Assembly (NCBI GenBank): GCA_951406725.2
Contig: OX597841.1
Coordinates: forward strand, 12,338,001-12,402,000
From: Octopus vulgaris
Taxonomy: Eukaryota
DNA length: 64,000 bases
Direction: 5' to 3'
Each line of letters begins with the position of its first letter. Positions within the stretch are counted from its first letter, which is position 1. Made by a program: the position numbers and the translations under genes. Of the stretch, positions 12,948 to 25,106 are shown piece by piece. The notes beneath the pieces are model-generated. The model was not told the DNA's origin. It saw only the letters and a program-made list of their open reading frames with translations, and did not search any database.

Positions 12948-13314
12948 CAGTTTACACACAGCTTGTGTCTGGTGGGGACACTCCACTTGCTGGTTGTATT
13001 GGGGGTCCACAATACTCTCCTCAATACAGACCAGTTTCTGTAGCAAGATCTCAGCCTGTTTTCTTATATCCACTGAGACATCTGCAGGAAAGATACGAGT
13101 AGAGAGGAGATTCTGGCAGATTAAGGGTCGTGGAAGGACTGGGGGGTAGTGGTAAGTGTAGGGTCCTAGATGGACGAACATAACAAGGGTGACAAGGAGT
13201 GATTGGATACATAAATAAAGCAGGGGTACTTGAGTGGAGGAGGTGTGTGGAGAGAGGGAGAGAGGGGCTGTTTATAGTAGCATGGAGTGGAAGATGGAAA
13301 TAAAGAATACTGTG

Positions 13315-13328
13315 GTTTCCATGGTAAC
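13315..13328. promoter_or_regulatory. RFX X-box in CFAP144 intron 1
   Basis: GTTTCCATGGTAAC, a near-palindromic 14-bp X-box consensus match. Confidence 0.5.
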
Positions 13329-13932
13329 ATAATAATGAAAGAAATAATACAAAAAATATATACCCCAGCATGGCCACAACCCTGAAGCTAGAAATACATG
13401 TAAAAATAATCAAATAGTCTTGTTGAACTGGTTTTTTTAAAAAAGTGGTTTGTGTTTCCTGTAAGGTCCAGTCATCGACTTTACATTTAAAATTTAATAA
13501 ATGTTGCCTGACCAACCTCAACAATTGTTCTGTATCACCACTGGAACCAAAGGGACAGGACGGGCAACATTTTAAGATAAATATGTCTCTAATAACAGAA
13601 CAAAATGGGTTGGAAAGAGAGTAATGAATGCTGGAGTCCTAGAAAAGCTGAAAGTTAACTAATTGCTGAAAATCAAATTTACAATCTGTGATATTTTGAA
13701 CATAGAATGCACGACAAGTCACTTCCAAAGACAATCTGGAGAGAAAGCATTGAAGGGAAGAGAGAAAGAGGCCTTCATAAAGCCCCCAGTCCAACCTGTA
13801 AAGGGGTTGGCATGAGGAAAGGCATCCCAGCCATGGAAACTCTGCAAAGCAGACAATGGAGTGTAGTGCTTTTCTAGGGCCCATCAGATCCTGTCAAATT
13901 AATTGTCAAACCCATGGCAGCAGGGAACATGG

Positions 13933-13986
<54 letters not shown>

Positions 13987-15134
13987 CATATACACACATA
14001 AATAAATATGGAATGAAGTGATGAGAGCCAATTTCAGGAAGTCGGGCTTCATGGAGATGACAATAGACCAAGATGTCTAGCAATGTGAACTTCTTGAAAA
14101 GACTTGCCCACTTCAGTGAAATTGAGTTCTAGAAGAACTGTGGGTTCCTCCCACACATTACGAGAAAACTCTTCCCCAACAAACCAAACTAAATCTCTCT
14201 TCTTGCTCACATTTCTTCTTTCCATGCCCTCCACCTCTTTCCATGCCCAGGTCTTACCAGTCACCGCATACCCCCACACACACACTCTTTGCATTCATGT
14301 GAAGTTACTCCTCCCTACTCATACACCTTAGTAATACCCTACCATTTATATTCTGACCCTGTGTCTTGAGGGCATGCCCTTCCACTTTGCCTATAACTAT
14401 TTTCCCCTGGTTCTTCTCTCCCATCCCATTTATACCCTGATCCCTATTCTTTGTGCGCATGCCCTTCCACTTTGTCATTATCTCTCTCCCGCTCTCTTTC
14501 ACTCTCCCTCTTTTTCTTGTTCTGTCCCTTTTTCTGCATTTCTTCTACAGCAACACACCTCTTACTGGCCTCACCCTTCATCACTCCTCTCTCTCTGACC
14601 GTGTAACCATGGACCTCCCCTACAGCGAGATCCCCTCCTCCAATGCCCCCTTTCCCTTCTCAAAGGATCTTTGTTTTGCAAGTTACTCGGTGACCCTGCC
14701 AGTGCTGCTGCCCTATAAACAGTACTCAGTTCACTCAGCAGAGTGGTCAGTGTTTGGAAAGGCATCCAGCCATATCTAAAAAAAAACATGCCAAACAGAC
14801 AGCGAAGTCAAGGGCAGTCTCAGCCTGGCCAGCGCTTGTCAAACCGTCCAACCCATGCCAGCATGGAAAGCGGACGTTAAATGATGATGATGATGATATA
14901 TATATGCAATATGTCCAATATAAATATGGTAAGACCATTGTTCAAAGAAGGACTCAAAACATAATTATGTAGAGTTTATACAACATTTTGAGAGTAAAAG
15001 AGCTCTTTTGAGAAGCTGACTGTTTCGTGGATCCGTTTGATATGACTCGCCCTCGTGAAATGGGACAAGCTCTCAGTGATACCAGTTTCTATCGAAATAA
15101 TACGTACACATGTATACAAACATTAGTTTAGGTC

Positions 15135-15310
15135 AACAAGTTCGGGGGAAGGGGATAAATGAGGGGGGAAGTCGGTTACATCGAACCCGGTGCTCAACTG
15201 ATACTTATTTTATCGATCTCGGTGGAAATTGAACTCAGAACATAAAGACGGACGAACTACCGTTCAGCATTCTGTCCGGCGTGCTAACGATTCTGCCAGC
15301 TCGTCGCCTT
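15135..15310 (-). mobile_element. tRNA-derived SINE family B
   Basis: Minus strand GGCGACGAGCTGGCAGAATCGTTAGCACGCCGG...GTTCTGAGTTCAA; other copies near 23325, 23620, 38521, 40948, 41975, 42790, 46480 and 63905. Confidence 0.8.
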
Positions 15311-15381
15311 ACGCGTGTATATAAATATTGAAATAACACACACTCACACATATATACATGCATACATATTAAAACTAACAA

Positions 15382-15452
<71 letters not shown>

Positions 15453-15849
15453 GAGGGTGAGTGAGTGAGTGAGTGAGAGAGGTATTGGTATCTAGAAGAC
15501 CCAAAGAGTGACAGGTAACTCTAAGTAAGTGCTATGGACAGACCCTAGTTAAACTCTTGGTTCGATAGTAACACGAGCGAGGAGTTTAATGTGAGTCTTG
15601 TATTAGCATGCATATATATATAAATATACATATATATATTAGACAAAAAGAGATAACAAAGCCAAGCGTGCGAGGAGTTTACAGGACATTTATAAGGAAA
15701 AAGAAATAGATATAGTCTTAAAGCTGTAAGACTATATATCTTTTATCTTTTTCCTTATAAATGTCTTGAAAACTCCTCTTGGTTTTGTTATTGTCTAATT
15801 TATGTATGTATCTATATATGTATGTATATATATATATATATATATGTAC

Positions 15850-16040
<191 letters not shown>

Positions 16041-16102
16041 TATGTATGTATGTATTGAAGCTAATAAAGACGTATGTAGAAATATATCAAAAGTGAAATT
16101 AC

Positions 16103-16232
16103 TTTTTTTAAAAGGGTTTATACTGAAGTTTGTAAAGAGTTGTTGGTGCCTTTTCTCTTTCTTCACCCTTTCCGTCCAGTTCTTCTCGAAGTTGACCTTA
16201 TTTAAGGTACTTGTGTTGGTGGGATGTGCCAT
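16103..16232 (-). CDS. CFAP144: CFAP144/FAM183-family gene, first coding exon
   Basis: ATG at 16232-16230; [43 protein letters not shown] plus 1 nt, then gtaatt donor; resembles FAM183A KELRTQKLYTQYHVNPLRK. Confidence 0.88.
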
Positions 16233-16405
16233 TATTAGTTGGAGGACGACGGAGAAAGACAGTCTGACAGATAAATAGATAGATAGATAAATCGATGGGT
16301 AAACAGAGAGGGTGACAGCCAGACAGGTAGTGATGGAGGAGGAGAGAGAGGGAAATAGACAGAAACAAAGAAACCGAGAGGAGCACTGAGAGGTTTGATT
16401 ACATA

Positions 16406-16418
16406 GTTGCCTAGCAAC
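16406..16418. promoter_or_regulatory. RFX X-box in CFAP144 promoter
   Basis: GTTGCCTAGCAAC ~175 bp upstream of the ATG; forkhead-type GTAAACA at 16299-16305. Confidence 0.75.
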
Positions 16419-16678
16419 CAACAGCAGCAGCAGCAGGAGCCACCCCCTGCATCCAGTCAGCTAAAACATAGGACAGCAGATCGACAGCAGCCGATGCAGA
16501 CATTTGACAAACACGAATCCGTTTAATTTCGTATTGTTTTGAGCTTATAAACACAAAAATAACAAATAGATAATTAATCAGTCAATTAATTATACAAACT
16601 TATAAAACTTCGTCACTCGGAACAAATTTGTATAAATCATGCAAAGATAGCCTCTCACATAACCGTAGTTTCGCATTT

Positions 16679-16717
<39 letters not shown>

Positions 16718-16880
16718 GCAACAACAAAAACAAAAAGACAGCAACACCAATAGGATTACCAACAGGTTTTTTAAAGCTACAAATATTTCTTCGTTTTATT
16801 TATCAATATTAATTTGGTTTCCTGGTAGCAGACGTTCTCTGATCAGCATAGTATGTATAAACATTTTTCTCTCTCTCTTG

Positions 16881-16928
<48 letters not shown>

Positions 16929-18101
16929 GGTGGTTGTCCACTCCTTATGCAGAGTCTGACCCCTTCTTGTTCTAACCTCTCAGATGCATCATGGCGTCTG
17001 ATGGGGCTTTTTAAACCAGACAGTGTATTGAAAAGACACCCACTGAGATTGCATATCTTATTTGAATGACCAAGAACTGCAGTTAAGTTCTGATTTTTGT
17101 GGATTAAAAGGTGTGCACAGACACATGGGCAGAATAGTTGGTGGAGGCAGGTTTTTCATGGATCCTCAAATGAGATTTGAGCCCCCCCCCCCCCAAAAGG
17201 CATGATCTGTAACAAACTGTGCACACAAAAAGGTCACTGAGATTCATCGTCTCAATGGCATAAATCTCTCTCGAGTCTTGCATGTGTCATCCTGGCCTCC
17301 TCAAATGCTTTCACTCCACACTTTTGTTTACCATCCAGCTCGACCTGAAGCAAGGGTTTCTATGTCCTCTGGATCCTTAACAAGTGACTTCATGGCAGTC
17401 CTTGCACTGTCCTTAAAAGATCTCTCTCTCGTGAATTACTTGGTGAGCCTGCCACCTAAAAAGAATCTAGTCCATACTCCACAGTGGTTGGCATTTGGAA
17501 GAATATCCAGCTGTAAAAACCATGCCTAAGTAGACCTCACTGGTGCTGGTGCTATATAAGAATTACTCAATCCACTCTGTAAGGGGGTCAGTGTTAGGAA
17601 GGGAATCCAGCCATAAAAGACCCATGCCAAAACAGACAATGAAGCCTGGTGCAGTCTTCTGGCTTGCCAACTTCTGTCAAACTATCCAACCCATGCCAGC
17701 ATGGAAAATGGACACTAAATGATGATTATAATGATAATGGTGATTATGATAACATGTAGACAGGATTAAAATCCAGGCTGTGTCCTCTTGAATCACATCT
17801 GTTTATTCCAATATTCCAAATCCGTATGTAGGTGTTTATACTTAGGCAGAAGAGTTGAAAATTCTGGAAAATATTTTCTGCAGATGAATAGTTTCAAAAC
17901 GGGGGACTGGAAGAAATTTTTGGCGTTATTTATTCACCATTACACATGTTTCATTTGCTAATAGGCATTACAAAATTAAACAGGGAGGAGGAAACATGTA
18001 AGATACAATTTTGCAACACTTTTTAGCAAGTCACACACACACTCATTTCAAAAGACTTAGTGTTATTTCTCTTCAGGTATTTTTCTACCTGTCACAATTC
18101 C

Positions 18102-18151
<50 letters not shown>

Positions 18152-18243
18152 TCAGAGATAATTAAGATTTAGTTGCATTAGGTACTTAAGTTGAGGCACC
18201 CAGTCAGTCTGGTATTATCTGCACAGCTTGGTATTATCATTCA

Positions 18244-18278
<35 letters not shown>

Positions 18279-18280
<2 letters not shown>

Positions 18281-18488
18281 TTTATTTAAAAGCAGCAGAA
18301 AATTTTAAAATATTTTAACAAAATTGTCCGACAAACGGGAACGTGAAACTCAGAGTAACAGGTTTTGTTGAATTTTCTGCTGCTTTTAAATAAAGCATAT
18401 TACTCTACCCCTGGTATTTGAGTACTCTTTTTCCACCTTGTTTCACATTTATGTGTTTACTCTGGTATATATATATATATATATATAC

Positions 18489-18539
<51 letters not shown>

Positions 18540-18685
18540 AGAGTAAACACATAAATGTGAAACAAGGTGGAAAAAAGAGTACTCAAATACCAGTGGTAGA
18601 GTAATATGCTTTATGTAAAGCAGCAGAAAATTCAACTCAGACTAACAGATTTTGTTGAATTTTCTGCTGCTTTAAATAAAGCATA
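18279..18685. mobile_element. Penelope-like fold-back repeat with degenerate hammerhead
   Basis: Nested inverted repeats around (TA)n; same unit as 36570-36652 and 55481-55712; hammerhead-like fold at 18324-18361 has core CCGACAA. Confidence 0.6.
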
Positions 18686-18694
18686 TATATATAC

Positions 18695-19520
18695 AGCTCT
18701 TTCCTGCAATCAGACCTGGACACAATGCAGCAATGGATCACAGACTGGCAACTGAAACTGGTTGTGGACAAGTGTACCACCATGCATTTTGGGAGAAAAA
18801 ACCCTGTGTCCACATACTCCCTCCACAACACTGATATCAAGAAATCCTCTTGCGAGCGTGACCTAGGCATCACTGTCAGCAGTGATTTGCGTTGGACAAA
18901 GCATATCTCTAAAATTGTCAAGAAGGCCGAGGGTGTCTTGGCATCACGCAGCAAGACTTTTGTTAGCCGCTCTCCAGCCATCTATTTAAAACTGTATACA
19001 GTTATGGTACAACCACACTTGGAATTTGCATCATCAGTCTGGAACCCCTATCTTGCTCAGAACATTGACCTCCTGGAATCTGTTCAGAGACGTGCAACCA
19101 AACGCATACCCTCCATCAGACACCTACCATACTCTGAGCGCCTTGTTTCCCTGGACATGGATTCACTGAAGCTCCGGCGTCTGGCGATGGACTTGGTAAA
19201 CACCCACAAAGTTATCAACCACCTCACCAACAACAACACTGAACACCTTTTTGATCTTCATGTGTCTAACACACGTGGACATGCCTACAAAGTCAGAAAA
19301 CAACACAGCTCCCATGACTTTTCGAAACATTTTTTCACGCTCAGAGTTGCTGAAGCATGGAACAAACTGCCTGCATCAGTTGTTGACTGCCATGACACTG
19401 CATCCTTTAAGGCCCTCATGCTTTCCGAAATCCGCCGAAACTACACCTGATTATACATACACTTTAGATGAGTTGTAGTGCACCTGAGCACTGTACACAA
19501 TGTTTTTATTATTATTATTA
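18695..19520 (+). mobile_element. CR1/L2-like LINE 3' fragment
   Basis: ORF 18725-19450 (KCTTMHFG, ERDLGI, LESVQRRATK, TRGH); (ATT)n tail. Confidence 0.9.
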
Positions 19521-19651
19521 TATATATATATATAGATAGATAGATAGATAGATAGATGTTTTCGATCTAGTTTGGATTCTTTGCCATCAAATTTGAATTT
19601 TTTGCAATCAAATTTGATGGCAAAGAATCAAAACTAGATCGAAAACATCTT

Positions 19652-19692
<41 letters not shown>

Positions 19693-19694
19693 AG

Positions 19695-20277
19695 AAGACA
19701 TGTTGGGGCAAGTGAAATCGAAATCGAAATCGAATTGAACCAGTCAGGATCCCTGGTCTGGTGGTACGTAAAAAGCATTATCCGACTCGTGGCCGATGCC
19801 AGCACCGCCTCCACTGGCTTCTATGCCGGTGGCACGTAAAATACACCAATCCGACCGTACGACAGGCACCCATGCCAACCCCCCTTTACTTGCGAAGACA
19901 TGTTGGGGCAAGCGAAAGCGAAATCGAATTGAACCAGCCAGGATCCCTGGTCTGGTGGTATGTAAAAAGCACTATCCGACTCGTGGCCGATGCCAGCGCC
20001 GCCTCGGCTGGCTTCCGTGCCGTTGGCACATAAAATACACCAATCCGACCGTGGCCGTTGCCAGCCTCGCCTGGCACCTGTGCAGGTGGCACGTAAAAAG
20101 CACCCACTACACTCACGGAGTGGTTGGCGTTAGGAAGGGCATCCAGCTGTAGAAACATTGCCAGATAAGACTGGAGCCTGGTGCAGCCTTCTGGCTTCCC
20201 AGATCCTCGGTCGAACCGTCCAACCCATGCTAGCATGGAGAACGGACGTTAAACGATGATGATGATGATGATGATGA
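19695..20277 (+). mobile_element. RTE 3' UTR fragment with internal duplication
   Basis: GAAGACATGTTGGGGCAAG...CCAATCCGACCGT block present twice (~19695 and ~19895), then the common tail and (GAT)n. Confidence 0.75.
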
Positions 20278-20491
20278 ATATATATATATTGTTTGTAGAA
20301 AAACATAAATCCGGAGAAAAAGCACACTCTAAGATGTAGAGCATGTTTTGAAGGGGTTTTAGGCCAACAGGTTTGGGATCTGACAATATACCATAAGGCC
20401 AAACCCCTTATGGACGGGAAATCCAGGGTAATCCCATAATCCGCCCTCTCCCATTATAATCTATCTATTTATCTATCTATCTATCTATCTA

Positions 20492-20530
<39 letters not shown>

Positions 20531-21434
20531 CTGTGCTTCCCACTCACCACTTGACTTCCTGTGTTGGTTTGTTTACATCCTCAAAACTTAGCGGGTCACC
20601 AAAAGAGAACCATAGGCTGAGTACTTGACTTAAAAATAATCAAATACTGGGGTCAATTTGTTCGACTAAACCCTTCATGGCGTTGCCCCAGTATGGCCAC
20701 AGTCTAATGACCAAAACAAGTACAAAAATATTACAAATATACACTGGCATGTAACCTTTAACTAAAGCGGCGTCAGTTAAACTGTTAGCAAGAATGATGG
20801 GTAACATACAAAAATATCTTGGCTATTCTGAATGACGGAAATCAATGAATAAACGTTTAAATAATAAGTTATTGTTATAGAAAAGATGATTGATTTAAAT
20901 TTCGGTTTTTATCTTTCAATACTGACTTTTATAGTCAACTTATTTTTGTTTAGTTTACTTATTAAAGCTAGCAATTTTTGGAAATAAGATTTTTTTCTTA
21001 TTTCGAAAATTACGAATATTTGTTTGAGAGTTTTCGGAGTAGAAATATATAAATGAAGATTTATATTTGTTCTGGCTAGAAATTAAATCTAACCTACAAG
21101 ATATAATGACGATAAGTTTCAAAAAGAAGAAGAAAAAAGGACGCAATTTCATGATTCGTTTTGTTTTAACGCATTCATTAAGTTTCGTTCCATTAGGAGA
21201 GCCAAGATATTTTTACATTCCCCATTAATTGGTTTATTTGAATGAAAGCCGTTTTCTCCTGACTTCGCCTAAATTTAAAAAAGAAATATTCTTCAACAGA
21301 AACGACCTTATTACGATTTTAAAACGTATTTGTTAATTATTTAAAACGGAATTTGATGTTTAAAGACATTTTTTCCGTATTTTTGACTCCCAGATTTTAT
21401 ATTTTTACCCGCTGGTTTCCCATGATGCTCCATT

Positions 21435-21567
21435 TCAGTCGGCCATTTTGTCACTGTTTATTTTGAAAATCTCCGACATTTGACTCCAACCCTGACATCA
21501 CTTGACCGGCCTCAACCCAGGCTCATATACACCGCTGCCTCTCTACACACTTTCTCTACCTTCTGTG
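21435..21567 (+). promoter_or_regulatory. FZR1: Putative FZR1 core promoter and non-coding exon 1
   Basis: Inr-like TCAGTC 21435-21440, YY1-type GGCCATTTTG 21441-21450, CHR-type TTTGAA 21462-21467, strong donor G|GTGAGT at 21568; the ATG exon has an acceptor (ttttttcag, 35418) that needs an upstream exon. Confidence 0.55.
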
Positions 21568-22015
21568 GTGAGTAAACATTCAATATTCTCCCTGCTTTCC
21601 TCTCTAATTTCTCCGCAAACATCGCCACACGGACGCCCGTCGTCTCCCCTCTCTCCGTCTTCCACGTCTCTTTTCTCCATCATCTCTCCCCACCAGAATC
21701 TTATATTATCACCCTATTCTCTTCCACTAACCCTTATAACCCCCTCCCCCTCTCTCAGCCCCTGTGTGGATCCGGACACTGAGACCCGTCAAACGTCTCT
21801 GTGTTTTGGCGATTCCCTTCCTGGGGCCATCAACACACCTCCACAAATGCGTCCACATCCTTATAACCATCTGCTTAATGTTATCGGTCGTTTATTGCTA
21901 TCAGAGAGCATCTGGCTCAGAGGGATCACAATCAGTGTATATATGTGATACAGAAGTAGACGCGCGCGAGTGTATACACATGTATATATGCGAAACATAC
22001 ACACACACACACATG

Positions 22016-22057
<42 letters not shown>

Positions 22058-24144
22058 CCTGTGTACACACACACATGTGTTTATGTGTGTGTGTTTATAT
22101 ATTGTGTGTGTATGTAATTATATATCTGACGTACGCGACCCCCTCTCATTGCACTAACTCTCCTGCCTTACAGGTGGCTCCCTTTGCCCCCCTGGGGCCA
22201 CGAACACCCTACACCACAATAACACTTCACTTTAGGAGCCAACAAGCGAACCCTCTTCTCTAAGGTTCGAAACGACTCTAAATTAAGCCATAATCTCCCG
22301 AAACGCATTCCCTTAGATTCCTAGATAAACAATGCCATTAAATGTGTTTAGACTCTGGTTTACAGGAAGACGGAATGGACATGGCTGGAGCGGATTTGAT
22401 CCTAGGTCTTGCTGTGGATCATGGCTGACCAGCAATTTTCCTTTCCACCACCATTAGGTTTATAGGGTTCCAGTCAGGGGGCAGGGTGGGACGAATATCC
22501 CCCAAGGAACCTAGGGCAAAACATCTCCCATTCTCTTTATCACACAAAGGTTCCTACATTTGGCGAAAGAAAAAGAATACGTGAACCCGGTGTTTAGGGT
22601 CAGGAGTTAGGGTTTTTGTTACTCCGAAAACGGGTGGTGTACGTATTCTTTAACCCCGCCCTACACTGACGTTCCCTTTATTCCTTTTAGAAATGCATGA
22701 AGGTCTCTGAATCTCACCCACTGCCCCTATACACACACATACAACCGTCTGTGTATTATGCAAATGTATAATGACAACGTATATGCGTGTGTATGTTTAT
22801 ATATACCCACATCTAGATAAATGCATGTGCACACAGTAGAAACCAGTAAATGTAATCCCTTTGGGACGGATACTTTTTGCTAACAATAACCAGCTGATAG
22901 CATTAAGCGGAGGATATAGCGAAGATTAAGTATTGAGTATTTATTCAGATGTCACTAATTTTGATAATAACATTACCTGTGATTACAATAAACGGTTTCT
23001 ATCGTTTATTTATATTTATAATGCAATGTCTGTCTGTTTGTCGTCCAGTTCTCACAGCTGCCAAAGAGAAAGCTGGCGGGTGGGGGCGAGACTTGTCAAA
23101 CATGTTTCAACTTGTTTATTTCAGTGTGTTATTTTTTGATGACGGGTGGTGGTGGTATCATGCACGGGCACTGCACCATCCCCTTCCCTCCTCACCTTTC
23201 CCCTCTGTAAATGGAGAATTACCCCACCCCTTCTATTTTCTTTTCTCCGGGGGTGGGGTGGGGGACAATAAATATTAGTAAAGCACAGAAGTGATAATAA
23301 CAGTATAATAATAATAATAATGATAATCCTTTCTACTAAAGGCACAAAGCTTGAAATTTGGGGGTGGAGTTAAGTCAATTACATTGACCCCTGTGTTCAA
23401 CTGGTACTTAATTTATCGACCCTGAAAGGATAAGAGGCAAACTTGACCTTGATGGAATTTGAACTCAGAATGTACAGACGGATGAAATGCCTCTAAGCAT
23501 TTTGTCTGGCCAATGATTCTGCTAGCTTGCCTCCTTAATAATAATAATAATGTTTCTAATTCAGGCATAAGTCTAGTGGTTTGGAGGGCTCCCCACTACT
23601 ACACTGACGATAATAATGGTTGAAAATTTTGGCACAGCAGTTTTGGGGAAAGGGGCAAATTGATTACATCAGTCCCAGTGCTCGACTGGTACTTATTTTA
23701 TTGGCCCTGAAGGATAAAAAACAAAGTTGACCTTGGCAGAAGTTGAACTCATAACATAAAAGTGAACTGCCACAAAGCATTTTGCCCAGCATGCTAACAA
23801 TTCTACCAGCTTACTGCCCTCATAATAATAATAATAATAATAATAATAATTTCTGTCATGGTGCAACATAAAGCATTTTTTGGCAGAAGTGATGGAGTTG
23901 GTTAACCCTCTGTTGATCCCTAGTACGTCTTGACCCCAGAAGGAGTATATGTATATATACTTTTTTCTTTCAGTCTCTTTCCATTTTTTACCTCTTATTC
24001 CTTTCTGGAGAAGAGCATAGGCTCAAAACGTAAAAGACTTTTCCATTTCTCCCGAGCGTCAAACTAATACACTTGCTTGTTGTTCCTACACCTGTCTTTG
24101 TCTTTTGTTTTCTATAAATTTATACTATATATATATACATATAT

Positions 24145-25083
24145 CATCGTCTTTGTGGTTTAACATCTGCTTTCCCTGCTGGCATGGGCTGGATGGTTTA
24201 ACTGAGGGTTGGCAAGCCGGGAGGCTGCACCAGACTCCAATCTGATTTGGTAAGGATCCTACAGCTAGATGCCCTTCCTAATGCCAACTACTCTGAGAGT
24301 GTAGGGGGTGCTTTTTACGTGCTATTGACATGGGAGCCAGTCAGGCAGCCTGGCATCAGCTATGCTTAAATGGTGCTTTTTACATGCTACAGCAGAAAAG
24401 CGAGCCCGACATAAGGGATTGACAGACCACAATCCACACACAGATGCAATCTCTACAACTGAGACTGTTATTCTTGCATTGGTCTCCATAACCACAGGAA
24501 GTGCTGCACTGGCTGAGCGGCCCAACCTGGACAATAACTGGATGGACGTGATACCCATGGTCAACCATGACCGAAGATGGCCCTAAAAAGAACCCCCAAA
24601 AACATGCCACTGGCATGGGTGCCAGTCAGGCAGCACTGGCATCGGCCACAACTATGATTTCACTTGGTTTGTCAGCTCTTCTCAAGCACAGCATATCTCC
24701 AAAGGTCTCGGTTGCTTGTCATTGCCTTTGTGAGACCCAACGTTTGAAGGTCGTATTTTACCACCTCATCCCAGGTCTTCCTGGTTCTACCTCTTCCACA
24801 GGTTTCCTCAACTGTTAGGGTATGATACTTCTTCACACAGCTGTCCTCATCCATACGCAACACATGACCATACCAGCACAGTCGTCTCTCTTGCACACCA
24901 CATCTAATGCTTCTTAGGTCCAACTTTTCTCTCAGGGCATTTACACTCTGTCATGTATGCACACTGACATTATACATCTAGCGAAGTATACTAGCTTCAT
25001 TTCTTGAAAGCCTATACATGCCCTCAGTAGTCACAGCCCATGTCTCACTGCTGTGTAGCATGACTGTTCGCACACAGACATCA
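24145..25083 (-). mobile_element. Degenerate RTE LINE 3' end interrupted by a nested insertion
   Basis: ORF 24672-24923 (WYGHVLRM, GRGRTRKTW); tail at 24145-24385; foreign plus-strand segment at 24391-24601. Confidence 0.8.
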
Positions 25084-25106
25084 TATATGTACACGCACAC
25101 ACTCAT

